Below are positions 9,802-18,784 of a DNA stretch of 64,000 nt, one piece after another; the stretch's first letter is position 1, and each line of letters opens with the position of its first letter. This DNA comes from Myxococcota bacterium (GTDB taxonomy: Bacteria; Myxococcota_A; Polyangia; Nannocystales; Nannocystaceae), in the NCBI GenBank assembly GCA_039028615.1, contig JBCCHT010000002.1:96001-160000 (forward strand). Direction: 5' to 3'. The notes beneath the pieces are model-generated. The model was not told the origin of the DNA. It saw only the letters and a list, made by a program, of their open reading frames with translations, and made no database searches. Both the position numbers and the translations under genes were made by a program.

Positions 9802-10915
9802 ATTCGATCTCCATCTCGGAATCGCCCCCGTTGTCTCCTGCGGTCACGCCGCGGAAGTACAGGGCAAAATCATCGGGGTTGGTCGAAGCGGCGAGCGCCA
9901 TCTCGTAGGTGACCAGCTTGCGCTGCACCAGCTCGGTGAGCGATTGGTCGAACGAGACCATCCCGTAGGGGTGCGCGCCGTCGCGAATTGCATCCACGAT
10001 CTCCACCGTGCGGGTGGGATCGATGATCATGTCGCGGATGCGGGGAGTGTTGATCATGACCTCGACCGAGGGAATCATCCCGCGCCCATCCGCTCGCGGG
10101 ATGAGCCGCTGAGAGACGACCGCGGAGAGGATCGAGGCCAGCTGCAAGCGCACCGCGGTCTGCTGGTGCGAGGGGAACATCTGCACGATGCGGCCGATGG
10201 TCTCGGTGGCGTCGAGGGTGTGCAGGGTCGAGAACACCAGGTGGCCGGTCTCCGCCGCCAGCATGGCCGTCTCGATGGTCTCGAGGTCCCGCATCTCGCC
10301 CACCAGCACCACGTCGGGGTCCTGGCGCAGCGCGGCCCGCAGGGCCTTTTGGAAGCTGTTGGTGTCGAAGCCGATCTCGCGCTGGTTGACCACCGAGCGA
10401 CGGTCCCCGAACACGTACTCGATCGGGTCTTCGATGGTGATGATGTGGGCCGCGCGCTCGATGTTGATGACGTTGAGCAGCGAGGCCAGCGTGGTCGACT
10501 TGCCCGAGCCGGTGATGCCGGTCACCAGCACCAGGCCGCGGTGCTCGCGGGCCAGCTCCTTGACGCGCGAGGGGATGTTGAGCCGCTCGAAGGGCGGGAT
10601 GTCGCCCGCGATGACGCGCATCACCATGCCGCACTCGCCCCGCTGCCGGAACACGTTGACGCGATAGCGCAGTCCGTCGGGCGTCGCGTAGGCCAGGTCG
10701 ACCTCGTGCTCGCTCATGAACTTCTCATGAGTGTGCTCGCTCATGATGTTCATCGCGAACGTCATGATGACGTCCGAGGTCATCGGCGGGACATCCTTGA
10801 GCGTCCGCAACGAACCACGAATGCGGAACACCGGAGGGAGCCCGACCTTGAGATGAACGTCCGACGCACCCAGCTTGCGCGCCGCGCCCAGCACCCGGTC
10901 GAAGATCTCGTTCAT
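9794..10915 (-). CDS. PilT/PilU-family ATPase (second PilT paralog)
   Basis: ASDVHL, Walker A GITGSGKSTT, TIEDPIEY, LRQDPDVVLVGEMRD, ETGHLVFSTLHT; overlaps the alaS start by 8 nt. Confidence 0.93.
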   Translation of the reverse strand: MNEIFDRVLGAARKLGASDVHLKVGLPPVFRIRGSLRTLKDVPPMTSDVIMTFAMNIMSEHTHEKFMSEHEVDLAYATPDGLRYRVNVFRQRGECGMVMRVIAGDIPPFERLNIPSRVKELAREHRGLVLVTGITGSGKSTTLASLLNVINIERAAHIITIEDPIEYVFGDRRSVVNQREIGFDTNSFQKALRAALRQDPDVVLVGEMRDLETIETAMLAAETGHLVFSTLHTLDATETIGRIVQMFPSHQQTAVRLQLASILSAVVSQRLIPRADGRGMIPSVEVMINTPRIRDMIIDPTRTVEIVDAIRDGAHPYGMVSFDQSLTELVQRKLVTYEMALAASTNPDDFALYFRGVTAGDNGGDSEMEIEYG

Positions 10916-11099
10916 GGGGAGTGAAGGTAGCGGATCGGCGCGCCCCCGACCCACCCCCGTCGGCAACTCGCGTCGAGCGCAATGTCACCGGCCCGAGATC
11001 CCGCCCGTCTCTTATCGCAAAGGCCTGAGATTCATGGTGTTTTCAGCGCGCAGCGATGCCCCCCAGGGCCATGCGAGCCCCGACGCGTCCCCAGGTGCA

Positions 11100-11271
11100 G
11101 CCCTGCGGACGAGGCTCAGTTGGCTTGTCGACGCACTCGATCGCCGACAGCGATTTCCACAACGAGGGGTGCTCAAAGCAGACCGCCCCGCCGCCGCGCT
11201 TGCCCTGGCTCGCTTGTCGGTTGATGTCGGCCACGCGCACCCAGTCGCCCGTGGTGGGGCTCGCGCAGGGC
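11100..11271. ncRNA. Candidate structured RNA (rod-like), unassigned
   Basis: Nested complementary segments GCCCTGCG/CGCAGGGC (11100-11107/11264-11271) and ATCGCCGACAGCGA/TCGCTTGTCGGTTGAT (11140-11153/11210-11225) in a ~380-bp intergenic gap. Confidence 0.25.
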
Positions 11272-11298
11272 ATCTCGATTTCACGCGGCTTGAAAATC

Positions 11299-12171
11299 TC
11301 AGCCGCAGCAGCACCGAATCGCGCCTTCGAAACCGAGCGGCCCGGGTAGCGCCGTATCGCACTCGAGCGGCTGCACTTGTCCGGCTTGGACCTTCTCGCA
11401 GGTCCGTGGGCTCAGGTAGACCATCGACGTCTCACCGAGACAGCCCCCGTCCGCACACCGAGACCCCGTGACGGCACAAACCTCGTTGCAGGTGGAGAAT
11501 GCGGTTGGATCGAAGCACTCGCTCCAAAACGGACGGCACTGCCCGCCCTCGCATCCCCCCGTCATCCCCCAGTTCCCGAGCACGTAGGCGGCACAGGGGC
11601 TGTCGCAGGCGTCGCAGTGGAGGCTCGAGGTCTGGATGTCGACACACTCGCCGTCGCACGCCACGTTGCGCAGGCCTCCGCACACGGCCCGAACATCGAT
11701 CGGGGCGGAGACCTCGAGTCCGGCCTCGTCGACGAAGCGCGCAACGAAGGGCACCGCCAGCTCGTCGGTGAACGAAAGGGGCCAGCGCTCGTGCACGTCG
11801 GTCCAGCTCACCGTGATCGTCCAGCGTCCGCTGAGGCCCGGCTCGAAGGTCCCGAACAGGGATCCCGTCTCCGGGCCGTAGAGTTCACCGAGGCTCACGT
11901 CGTCGTTGGGGTCGAGGACCACCGCGGTGATCACCACCGACTCCGCCTCGCGCAGGAGAGACACGTCGAAGCCGACGTCGATCACCTCGGGCGGCGCATC
12001 GGGGATGCTGCTGGAACTCGAGGTCGAGTCGGCGACGGCGCCCGCGGACCCGCCCGTCTCGCCCGTCGAATCCGTAGACGCGGGCGCGGGCTCGTTGCCC
12101 GACGAGCCGCCGCAGGCCAGCCCGATCGCGAGACCGAGCCCAATCCACGGACGATGGAGCGACGCACGCAC
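11299..12171 (-). CDS. Lipoprotein with Ser/Thr/Gly linker and Cys-rich C-terminus
   Basis: GLAC lipobox, S/T/G linker, CDGECVDIQTSSLHCDACDSPC myxobacterial-type Cys motif. Confidence 0.8.
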   Translation of the reverse strand: MRASLHRPWIGLGLAIGLACGGSSGNEPAPASTDSTGETGGSAGAVADSTSSSSSIPDAPPEVIDVGFDVSLLREAESVVITAVVLDPNDDVSLGELYGPETGSLFGTFEPGLSGRWTITVSWTDVHERWPLSFTDELAVPFVARFVDEAGLEVSAPIDVRAVCGGLRNVACDGECVDIQTSSLHCDACDSPCAAYVLGNWGMTGGCEGGQCRPFWSECFDPTAFSTCNEVCAVTGSRCADGGCLGETSMVYLSPRTCEKVQAGQVQPLECDTALPGPLGFEGAIRCCCG

Positions 12172-12209
12172 GAGCGAGGACCATCGTAGCCCGAGCCCTG
12201 GTACCGTAG

Positions 12210-13334
12210 GTGGGCATGTCGATCCCGGCCGTAGCCCTGGCGCTGGCGACGGGCGGGCTGGTCCCCGCCGGGCCCGCCACGGTCAGCACGGCCAATGTCG
12301 CCGCCGATTGCCAGTGGCCGAGCGTGGTCTCCTATCGGGCGGGCGAGAACAAGTGCAGCGGGATCCTGGTGCACCCCCGACTCATCGTCACCGCCGCCCA
12401 CTGCCTGGCCGACGCCGGCCCGGGCAAGGTGCGCTTCGGCGAGCAGTTCCAGCCCGCCCGCCGTATCGTGGACACCGAGCGCTGCGCCATGCACCCCGAG
12501 TACGTGAAGACCGGCGCCCCCTCGGCCGACCTGGGGTACTGCGTGTTGGTCGAGCCCGAGGACGACATCCCGCTCACGCCGCTGACCACCGCATGCGAAA
12601 ACGGACAGCTGCAGGAGGGCCAGCACGCGGTCATCGTGGGGTTCGGCGCGACCGAGCAGGACCCTCACTTCGGCACCAAGCGCTACGCATTCACCGTGCT
12701 CGACAGCGCGGTGCGCAGCGACGGCACGGTCTGGGTCGGTGACGCCCTGGTCAACGGCTGCCTGGGCGACTCGGGCGGTCCTTCGTTCGTGCAGCGAGCC
12801 GACGGCACCTGGCACGCCCTCGGCGTGCTGGCCTACGGCCCCGAGTGCGGCCAAGGACCCGTGCTCTATCGAACGCTGAGCGACCGCATCGATTGGCTCG
12901 AAGCGGAGACTGGCTTCGACCTCGCGCCCTGCCTCGGTGAAGGCTGCGAGTCGATCGCCTCCGACCCGCTGGAGCAGGATCGAAGCTGGGTCGACGGGTG
13001 CGAGGGCGCACGGGTGCCGCCGCCCGCTTGTGTCCCCGCGGATTCACCCGCCCCCGACTCCGAGGGTTCCACCACCGAGGACGACGGCGGCTCCGAAGGT
13101 TCGTCACAGAGCACCGCCGCCGCAGCGGACGACTCGGCCACGGGATGCCAGTGCCGCAGCTCGGCTGGACCCGACGAACGAGCCCCCACGGCATGGTGGG
13201 GGCTCGCGATCCTCGGCTACTTCGGGCGGCGACGGCTCAGCTCGGCCACCAGGTGCCGTGGAAGCCGTGCGGCACCCGACCGGGCAGCATCACCCGCCCC
13301 ACCGGTCCCGCGCGCAGGTTCGTCGCGTCCATGA
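12210..13334 (+). CDS. Trypsin-like (S1) serine protease with MYXO-CTERM-like sorting motif
   Basis: TAAHC, ADLG, GDSGGP triad; GCQCRS...WWGLAILGYFGRRR near the C-terminus. Confidence 0.88.
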   Translation: MGMSIPAVALALATGGLVPAGPATVSTANVAADCQWPSVVSYRAGENKCSGILVHPRLIVTAAHCLADAGPGKVRFGEQFQPARRIVDTERCAMHPEYVKTGAPSADLGYCVLVEPEDDIPLTPLTTACENGQLQEGQHAVIVGFGATEQDPHFGTKRYAFTVLDSAVRSDGTVWVGDALVNGCLGDSGGPSFVQRADGTWHALGVLAYGPECGQGPVLYRTLSDRIDWLEAETGFDLAPCLGEGCESIASDPLEQDRSWVDGCEGARVPPPACVPADSPAPDSEGSTTEDDGGSEGSSQSTAAAADDSATGCQCRSSAGPDERAPTAWWGLAILGYFGRRRLSSATRCRGSRAAPDRAASPAPPVPRAGSSRP

Positions 13335-14823
13335 TCACCAGCTGGCTGCGGTCGGCCTTCGGGTCGTAGCCGTAGCCCACCAGCCAGCCTTCGTCCTCGC
13401 CCGCGCCCGGGGAATCGGGCACGAACACCAGCTCGCTCAGCTCCAAGCCGTCGGCGAACTGATGGGTCTGCACCATGCCCGTCTCGAAGTCGTACTTGCG
13501 CACCAAGGTGGACTGCAGCGGCGGCCGCCCCTTGTCGCGAGGATCGAGCGAGATCGCGTAGCCATAGCGGTTGTGCAGCCCCTGGCGGCGCGGGTCGGTG
13601 CGCGGGAACTCGCTCTGGCGGTCGTCGACGAGCTGGCGGCTGGCCGTGCCCGTGGTGGGGTTGATGGTGAAGCGCTCCACCGTCGAGTCGTCGGAGAACT
13701 CGTCGGTCCCCGTCGCCCACAGGTCGGGGTACCAGACTGCATCGAGCACCACGTTGCCCATCGCGTCCTCGTGGGCATTGAAGGTGTGGAACGCAAAGCC
13801 CACCTCGATCTCGGCCCAGATGACGTCCCCGGCCCCGCCGTTGCGCGGCATCAGGCCGATGCGCGCGCCGTTGCTCGGCTGCCAGGAAAACGGCAACGTC
13901 GCCCCGGCGGCGACCAGGTCGAGGTCGAACAAGATCGGCAGATCCATGAACACCACGTAGTTCGCGGTGATCTGGAAGTCGTGCATCATGATCGGGGCCG
14001 GCAGCGCGATCTCTTCGGAGCGCATCAAGGCGCCCTTGGCATCGACCACCCGCAGGCGTGCCCGCGGATCGATGAGGTCGTAGCCAAAGAACACCATCTC
14101 CCCCGTGGTGGGGTCGATCTTCGGGTGGGCACACATCGGAGACGACACCGCGCCCCCGAAGTCGTGCAGCCCCACCGTGGCCAGGTCCGCGTTCAGCTCG
14201 TACGGCAGCCCCGTCTCCTCGATGGCCAGCAGACGGCCGTCGTGCACCACCAGCGAGGTGTTCGCGCGATGGTTGGCGACGTCGAAGGGGTCACCGAGTT
14301 TGTCGGCGCCCAGCTGCGGCGTATCGATGTAGCGCGACCGGTACCACTGCGCCGTGCCGCCACCGAGTTGCACGCCGTGGACCATGCCGTCACCGAGGAA
14401 CCAGTGCTCGGTGCAGCCCGACAGCGGGTTGGGCCCGTTACGCACATACAGGCCTTCGAGCGCCGCGGGGACAGTGCCTTCGACGGGCAGATCGGTCGCT
14501 TCGCTCTCCTCGACGGGCGCGTAGTTGTCCACCAGCCACCACGCCTCGGTGTCACACTCGTCGATGTCCTCGCCCGTACTGCCCTCCGAGCTCGACTCGC
14601 CGCCCATGCTCCCGGAGCTGTCCAGGCCCGAAGTGGAGCCCATGGCCCCGCTGCTGCCCGTGCCGGGCTCGCCACCGTCGCTGCTGCCCGCGACGCCGCT
14701 GCTGCCCGAGCTGCCCGCTCCCGTGCCGCCGCTGCCATCGTCGCCACAGGCCGACAACACGCCGAGGCCGACACCCTGGGCGCCAAGTAGATGCATGAAC
14801 TCGCGACGTCGAACTCGTTTCAT
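13237..14823 (-). CDS. Carotenoid oxygenase (CCD/RPE65 family) with Tat-lipoprotein signal
   Basis: YVRNGPNP, WFLGDGMVH; four Fe-His motifs CAHPK, MMHDF, FHTFNA, PHGFHG; EFPR; N-terminus MKRVRRREFMHLLG...VLSAC. Confidence 0.92.
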   Translation of the reverse strand: MKRVRRREFMHLLGAQGVGLGVLSACGDDGSGGTGAGSSGSSGVAGSSDGGEPGTGSSGAMGSTSGLDSSGSMGGESSSEGSTGEDIDECDTEAWWLVDNYAPVEESEATDLPVEGTVPAALEGLYVRNGPNPLSGCTEHWFLGDGMVHGVQLGGGTAQWYRSRYIDTPQLGADKLGDPFDVANHRANTSLVVHDGRLLAIEETGLPYELNADLATVGLHDFGGAVSSPMCAHPKIDPTTGEMVFFGYDLIDPRARLRVVDAKGALMRSEEIALPAPIMMHDFQITANYVVFMDLPILFDLDLVAAGATLPFSWQPSNGARIGLMPRNGGAGDVIWAEIEVGFAFHTFNAHEDAMGNVVLDAVWYPDLWATGTDEFSDDSTVERFTINPTTGTASRQLVDDRQSEFPRTDPRRQGLHNRYGYAISLDPRDKGRPPLQSTLVRKYDFETGMVQTHQFADGLELSELVFVPDSPGAGEDEGWLVGYGYDPKADRSQLVIMDATNLRAGPVGRVMLPGRVPHGFHGTWWPS

Positions 14824-14957
14824 TACCCCAATCCTTCCGAAAGCCGAGGGTGTTGGACCACGTCGCATGGGGGCCACACAAGGCAATACAACGCTGAACC
14901 GGGCCCGGTGCCGATGAGCTTGCACGTCGAATCAACGGAGCGTTCAATTGAGCCGTG

Positions 14958-16508
14958 ATGCAGACGGACACGGATCGACGATTGAGACGCGCACTGCTGT
15001 TGGCCACCGTCGGGTCCTTGGCATGCTCGGCCGATCGGCCCGGGTCCGCGACTCCGATTCCGCTGTCGGCCCCTGTACCGCCGCTGGCCGACGTCGTATC
15101 GGAGCCCACGGAGTACGCCGCTCAGACCCCGTCTGCGACCGCAGGCGAGGCGTTCTTCTCCCACTACGGTGTGGGCGACCCCTATGCGGCGGGCGTGCCC
15201 TACCCCGTGTTCCTGGCACTGCGCGCGCTGTATCCCGAGCGGCTCGGTCGGGATTGGCTCGAGTTCTCGGCCCAGTACGGAACGATTCCCAACCGCGAGC
15301 GACCCACCGATCCCGACGCGTTGCCGGTCGGCTTCCACCTCGCGACCGACCCGATCACGCGCGTCGACTTCCTGATGATCAACTGCCACCTGTGCCACGC
15401 CGATCTGGTGGAGGCCGATGGGCGGCAAGTCTTCATTGCCGGCATGGGCAACCGAACGCTACGGCTGCACGCCTACGACGACGCCTTCGTGCGCATCGGC
15501 CAAGACGACGACCTCCGGGTCGGCCGCCTGCTCGCCGCGACCACGGCCGCCGCGAAGGACCACGGCTTGGCGTGGCCGCCCGATCACCGCCGCCCGATCG
15601 TCTCCGAGACGCTCCGCAAGGTCCGGCATCGGGCCGAGATCCGGGGCGCCGACAGTGCCCGCCTCGCCGCCGGGTTGCCGGGGCGCGTCGCCACCATCGA
15701 GGGCTTCATGCTCGCCCTCAACGAGCAATACGACGCGCAGCTCGAGCTGCCGTCCACCATCGGCTGGGCCAAGATTCCCGACGTCGCCACCTGGCGCTAC
15801 CGCGAGACCAACAGCTTCGATGGCGTGAGCACGGGCGCCCCCGTGGCCATGGTGGCGGGGGCCGACTTCGCGTTCGGGGTGCGCCCCCAGTGGTATCTGG
15901 GGCACCAACACATCGCCACCAGCATGTTCTTGTACCTGCGGGGCTTTTCCCGAGACCTCGAGTTCCCCGGCCCCATCGACGCCGCGCTGGCGAAGTCGGG
16001 CGAGGGGCTCTTCGACGAGCACTGCGCGGGCTGCCACGGGGACTACTCCGGTCGCTACGTCGGCTACGAAGAGCAGGTCGTGCCGCTCAGCGTCGTGCAG
16101 ACCGACCCGGCCCGCATCGAGGCAGTGACGCCCGCGTTCGCGAAGACGGCCGATGGCATCGAGGAGACCCGCGGGTTGGTGGTCACCCATGCCAGCGACG
16201 GCTATGTGCCGCGTCCGCTCGTCGACGTCTGGGCGCGGGGGACCTACGGCCATGCCGGTCAGTGGCCGGACCTCGCCACTTTGGCCACGCCGCCCGAGCA
16301 ACGACCGCAGCGCTTCGTCGTCGACCTGGGCGCCCCGCTCGACCTCGAGCGCGTCGGGGTTGCGTGGTCGGCCAACGGCTCGGAAGGACCGCAGCGTCAC
16401 GTCTACGACGCTCGCGTGCCCGGCTACGGCAACGGCGGGCACGAGTTCCTCAGCGACCTCGCCTCCGAAGAGCGCCAGGCCGTCCTGGAGTACCTCAAGA
16501 CCCTCTGA
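14958..16508 (+). CDS. Di-heme c-type cytochrome lipoprotein, RoxA-like
   Basis: SLAC lipobox; CHLCH (~15384) and CAGCH (~16023); TDPAR, YVPRPLVDVWARGTYGHAGQWP, YDARVPGYGNGGHEF...VLEYLKTL. Confidence 0.78.
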   Translation: MQTDTDRRLRRALLLATVGSLACSADRPGSATPIPLSAPVPPLADVVSEPTEYAAQTPSATAGEAFFSHYGVGDPYAAGVPYPVFLALRALYPERLGRDWLEFSAQYGTIPNRERPTDPDALPVGFHLATDPITRVDFLMINCHLCHADLVEADGRQVFIAGMGNRTLRLHAYDDAFVRIGQDDDLRVGRLLAATTAAAKDHGLAWPPDHRRPIVSETLRKVRHRAEIRGADSARLAAGLPGRVATIEGFMLALNEQYDAQLELPSTIGWAKIPDVATWRYRETNSFDGVSTGAPVAMVAGADFAFGVRPQWYLGHQHIATSMFLYLRGFSRDLEFPGPIDAALAKSGEGLFDEHCAGCHGDYSGRYVGYEEQVVPLSVVQTDPARIEAVTPAFAKTADGIEETRGLVVTHASDGYVPRPLVDVWARGTYGHAGQWPDLATLATPPEQRPQRFVVDLGAPLDLERVGVAWSANGSEGPQRHVYDARVPGYGNGGHEFLSDLASEERQAVLEYLKTL

Positions 16509-16511
16509 GGG

Positions 16512-16536
16512 CGTCTACCGTCGCCCACGGTAGGCG
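16512..16536 (+). terminator. Stem-loop after the cytochrome gene (terminator or stabiliser)
   Basis: CGTCTACCGT-CGCCC-ACGGTAGGCG, 10-bp stem with one G-U pair, no U-tract. Confidence 0.35.
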
Positions 16537-16676
16537 TAGGTCTCCTACCGATCTGAAAAACTCGTGATCCGCTCGGGCCCCGGCGGACTCTTGGGCGGTG
16601 GATCCCACTTCGGGCACCTCGCTGCCCGTGCTCCTCGTCGCCGATCTCCACGATCGATGCGATAGGCTCCGCCTCG

Positions 16677-17906
16677 ATGGCTCGTGTACTCGTTGGACTC
16701 GCCCTCGGCCTCGTCGCCCTCACGGCTACGGACGCGCTCGCCTCTCCGCAGACCTACCAGGAAGCGACCGAGGCCTACCTGGCGACCGTGCCGGCCGAAG
16801 CCAAGGCCCGCTCCGACGCCTATTTCGAGGGCGGCTACTGGATGCAGCTGTGGTCGTTCCTCATCGGCGTCGCGTGGGCGGTGCTGCTGCTTCGCCAGCG
16901 CTGGTCGGCCCGCATCCGCGACCGGGCCGAGCGCATCAGCCAGCGACGCAACGTCCAAGTCTTCGCCTACTGGACGATGTACTCGCTGCTGTCGGCCGCC
17001 GCCTTGCTGCCCTGGACCTACTACAGCGGTTTCGTGCGCGAGCACGAGTACGGGCTGGCCACGCAGACGGCCGGGGCATGGTTCGGCGACTGGGCCAAGG
17101 GCCAGGGCCTCGCCGTCGTGCTCGGCGGCCTCGCCATCATGCTGCTCTACGCCGTGTTCCGCCGCGCTCCTCGACGCTGGTGGCTATGGGGCGCCGGGGT
17201 GTCGCTCGTCCTGCTCGTCATCGCGATGGCGCTCGGCCCCGTGTACATCTCGCCGCTGTTCAACGAGTACACGCCGCTCGCCGACGGACCGGTCAAGTCG
17301 GCCGTACTCCAGATGGCGCATGCCAACGGGGTCGACGCGAACGAAATCTTCATGAGCGACGCCTCGGCCCAGAGCACCCGCATCAGCGCCAACGTGGCCG
17401 GCATGCTGGGCACCGAGCGCATCACCCTGAACGACAACCTGCTCGAGCGCTGCTCCCAGGCCGAGATCGAGGCGGTGATGGGCCACGAGCTGGGCCACTA
17501 CGTGCTCAACCATATGTACGAGAGCCTGGTGTTCTTCGGCGTGCTCGCGGTCATCGCCGCCGCCTTCGTGCGCTGGGGCTTCGCGTGGTTCGTGCAGCGC
17601 CACGGCGAACGCTGCGGTGTGCGGGGCATCGACGACCCCGCCGGGCTGCCCGTGCTCGGCCTGCTGCTGTCGATCTTCGGCTTCCTGGCCACCCCGGTGA
17701 CCAATAGCTACATCCGGGCCAACGAAGCCGAAGCGGACATCTTCGGGCTCAATGCCGCCCGCCAGCCCGATGGTTTCGCCACCACGGCGCTCAAGCTGGG
17801 CGAGTACCGCAAACTCGACCCCGGGCCGATCGAAGAGGTTCTGTTCTTCGACCACCCCTCGGGTCGCACCCGCATCGAGATGGCGATGCGGTTCAAACAT
17901 CGCTGA
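16677..17906 (+). CDS. M48 family (Ste24/HtpX-like) membrane zinc metalloprotease
   Basis: Multiple TM segments, ISPLFNEYTPL, AVMGHELGH, EAEADIF, FFDHPS. Confidence 0.9.
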   Translation: MARVLVGLALGLVALTATDALASPQTYQEATEAYLATVPAEAKARSDAYFEGGYWMQLWSFLIGVAWAVLLLRQRWSARIRDRAERISQRRNVQVFAYWTMYSLLSAAALLPWTYYSGFVREHEYGLATQTAGAWFGDWAKGQGLAVVLGGLAIMLLYAVFRRAPRRWWLWGAGVSLVLLVIAMALGPVYISPLFNEYTPLADGPVKSAVLQMAHANGVDANEIFMSDASAQSTRISANVAGMLGTERITLNDNLLERCSQAEIEAVMGHELGHYVLNHMYESLVFFGVLAVIAAAFVRWGFAWFVQRHGERCGVRGIDDPAGLPVLGLLLSIFGFLATPVTNSYIRANEAEADIFGLNAARQPDGFATTALKLGEYRKLDPGPIEEVLFFDHPSGRTRIEMAMRFKHR

Positions 17907-17912
17907 AGACCC

Positions 17913-18734
17913 ATGCCTACCGACCGCCCCATGACCCGACGTTCCCTGCTTCGTACCACCGCTGGCGCCACGGCCAGCCTGCTCGGGGGGTGCATGCCCG
18001 GCATGGTGATGGAGCCGGGCGCCAGGGGTCTGGGCGGCGTACCGCACGACTGGGTCAGGCCCTTGGGGGCGGGGCACGAGGACGGCCCCGCGCCGCTCAC
18101 CGATGCGTCGCTCGAGCAGATCATGGCCCGGTGCAATCCCGTGACCGTCTACGACGCCGCGCACGGCGGGACCACGGGCGCCCAGGACAACGTCGCCGTG
18201 CTGCACTCGGGCGACGCCAAGCTCATCGCGCGCCCGAATGCCTCGGGGAGCTGGGACGTCTCGAAGTTTCGGGTCGCGCACATGCGGGGGCAAGAGCTGC
18301 CATCACGCTACGACGAGCTGCGCACGCCAGATTTCATCGGCGCGGGCGACCGCACCGCGAAGTTCTCGAAGTACCGAGCCAACGACCCCATCGGCATCGC
18401 TTCGGGCAGCACGTTCTACTGGCAACGAGTGACGCAGGTGCACAACCGCGAGGACCAGATCCTGCCGCGCGGGCCGATGTACGAGGACTTCGTGTCCACC
18501 ACCATCTCGATCTGCGTCGACTTGGCCCACTTCCTCGGTGCCGATCGGGCGGGCTATCGGATCTTCATGGAAGGCAACATGCCGCGCCTCGGCCTCGACG
18601 ACGTCGACCGGGCGGCACTGGCCCACTTCATCGCGTGGAAGGACGACGGCCTCGACGTGTCGCGCCGCAGCTACACGCTGACCATGTACACCTACGACGC
18701 CCCCTACATGGTGCCGCGCGTCCCCGATTGGTAG
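17913..18734 (+). CDS. Tat-signal lipoprotein of unknown function
   Basis: TRRSLLRTTAGATASLLGGC twin-arginine motif plus lipobox; starts 6 nt after the M48 stop. Confidence 0.7.
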   Translation: MPTDRPMTRRSLLRTTAGATASLLGGCMPGMVMEPGARGLGGVPHDWVRPLGAGHEDGPAPLTDASLEQIMARCNPVTVYDAAHGGTTGAQDNVAVLHSGDAKLIARPNASGSWDVSKFRVAHMRGQELPSRYDELRTPDFIGAGDRTAKFSKYRANDPIGIASGSTFYWQRVTQVHNREDQILPRGPMYEDFVSTTISICVDLAHFLGADRAGYRIFMEGNMPRLGLDDVDRAALAHFIAWKDDGLDVSRRSYTLTMYTYDAPYMVPRVPDW

Positions 18735-18784
18735 CGCATCAGACGGTACGAAGGCCATGCCTGATATGCTCTAAAGGAGACTCG

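Noticed and set aside
7579..9912. 777-aa plus-strand ORF
   Set aside because: Antisense shadow of alaS, typical of high-GC DNA, with no motifs
17990..18784. N-terminal half of the 526-aa ORF
   Set aside because: Alternative frame of the Tat lipoprotein; a strong RBS supports a start at 18785
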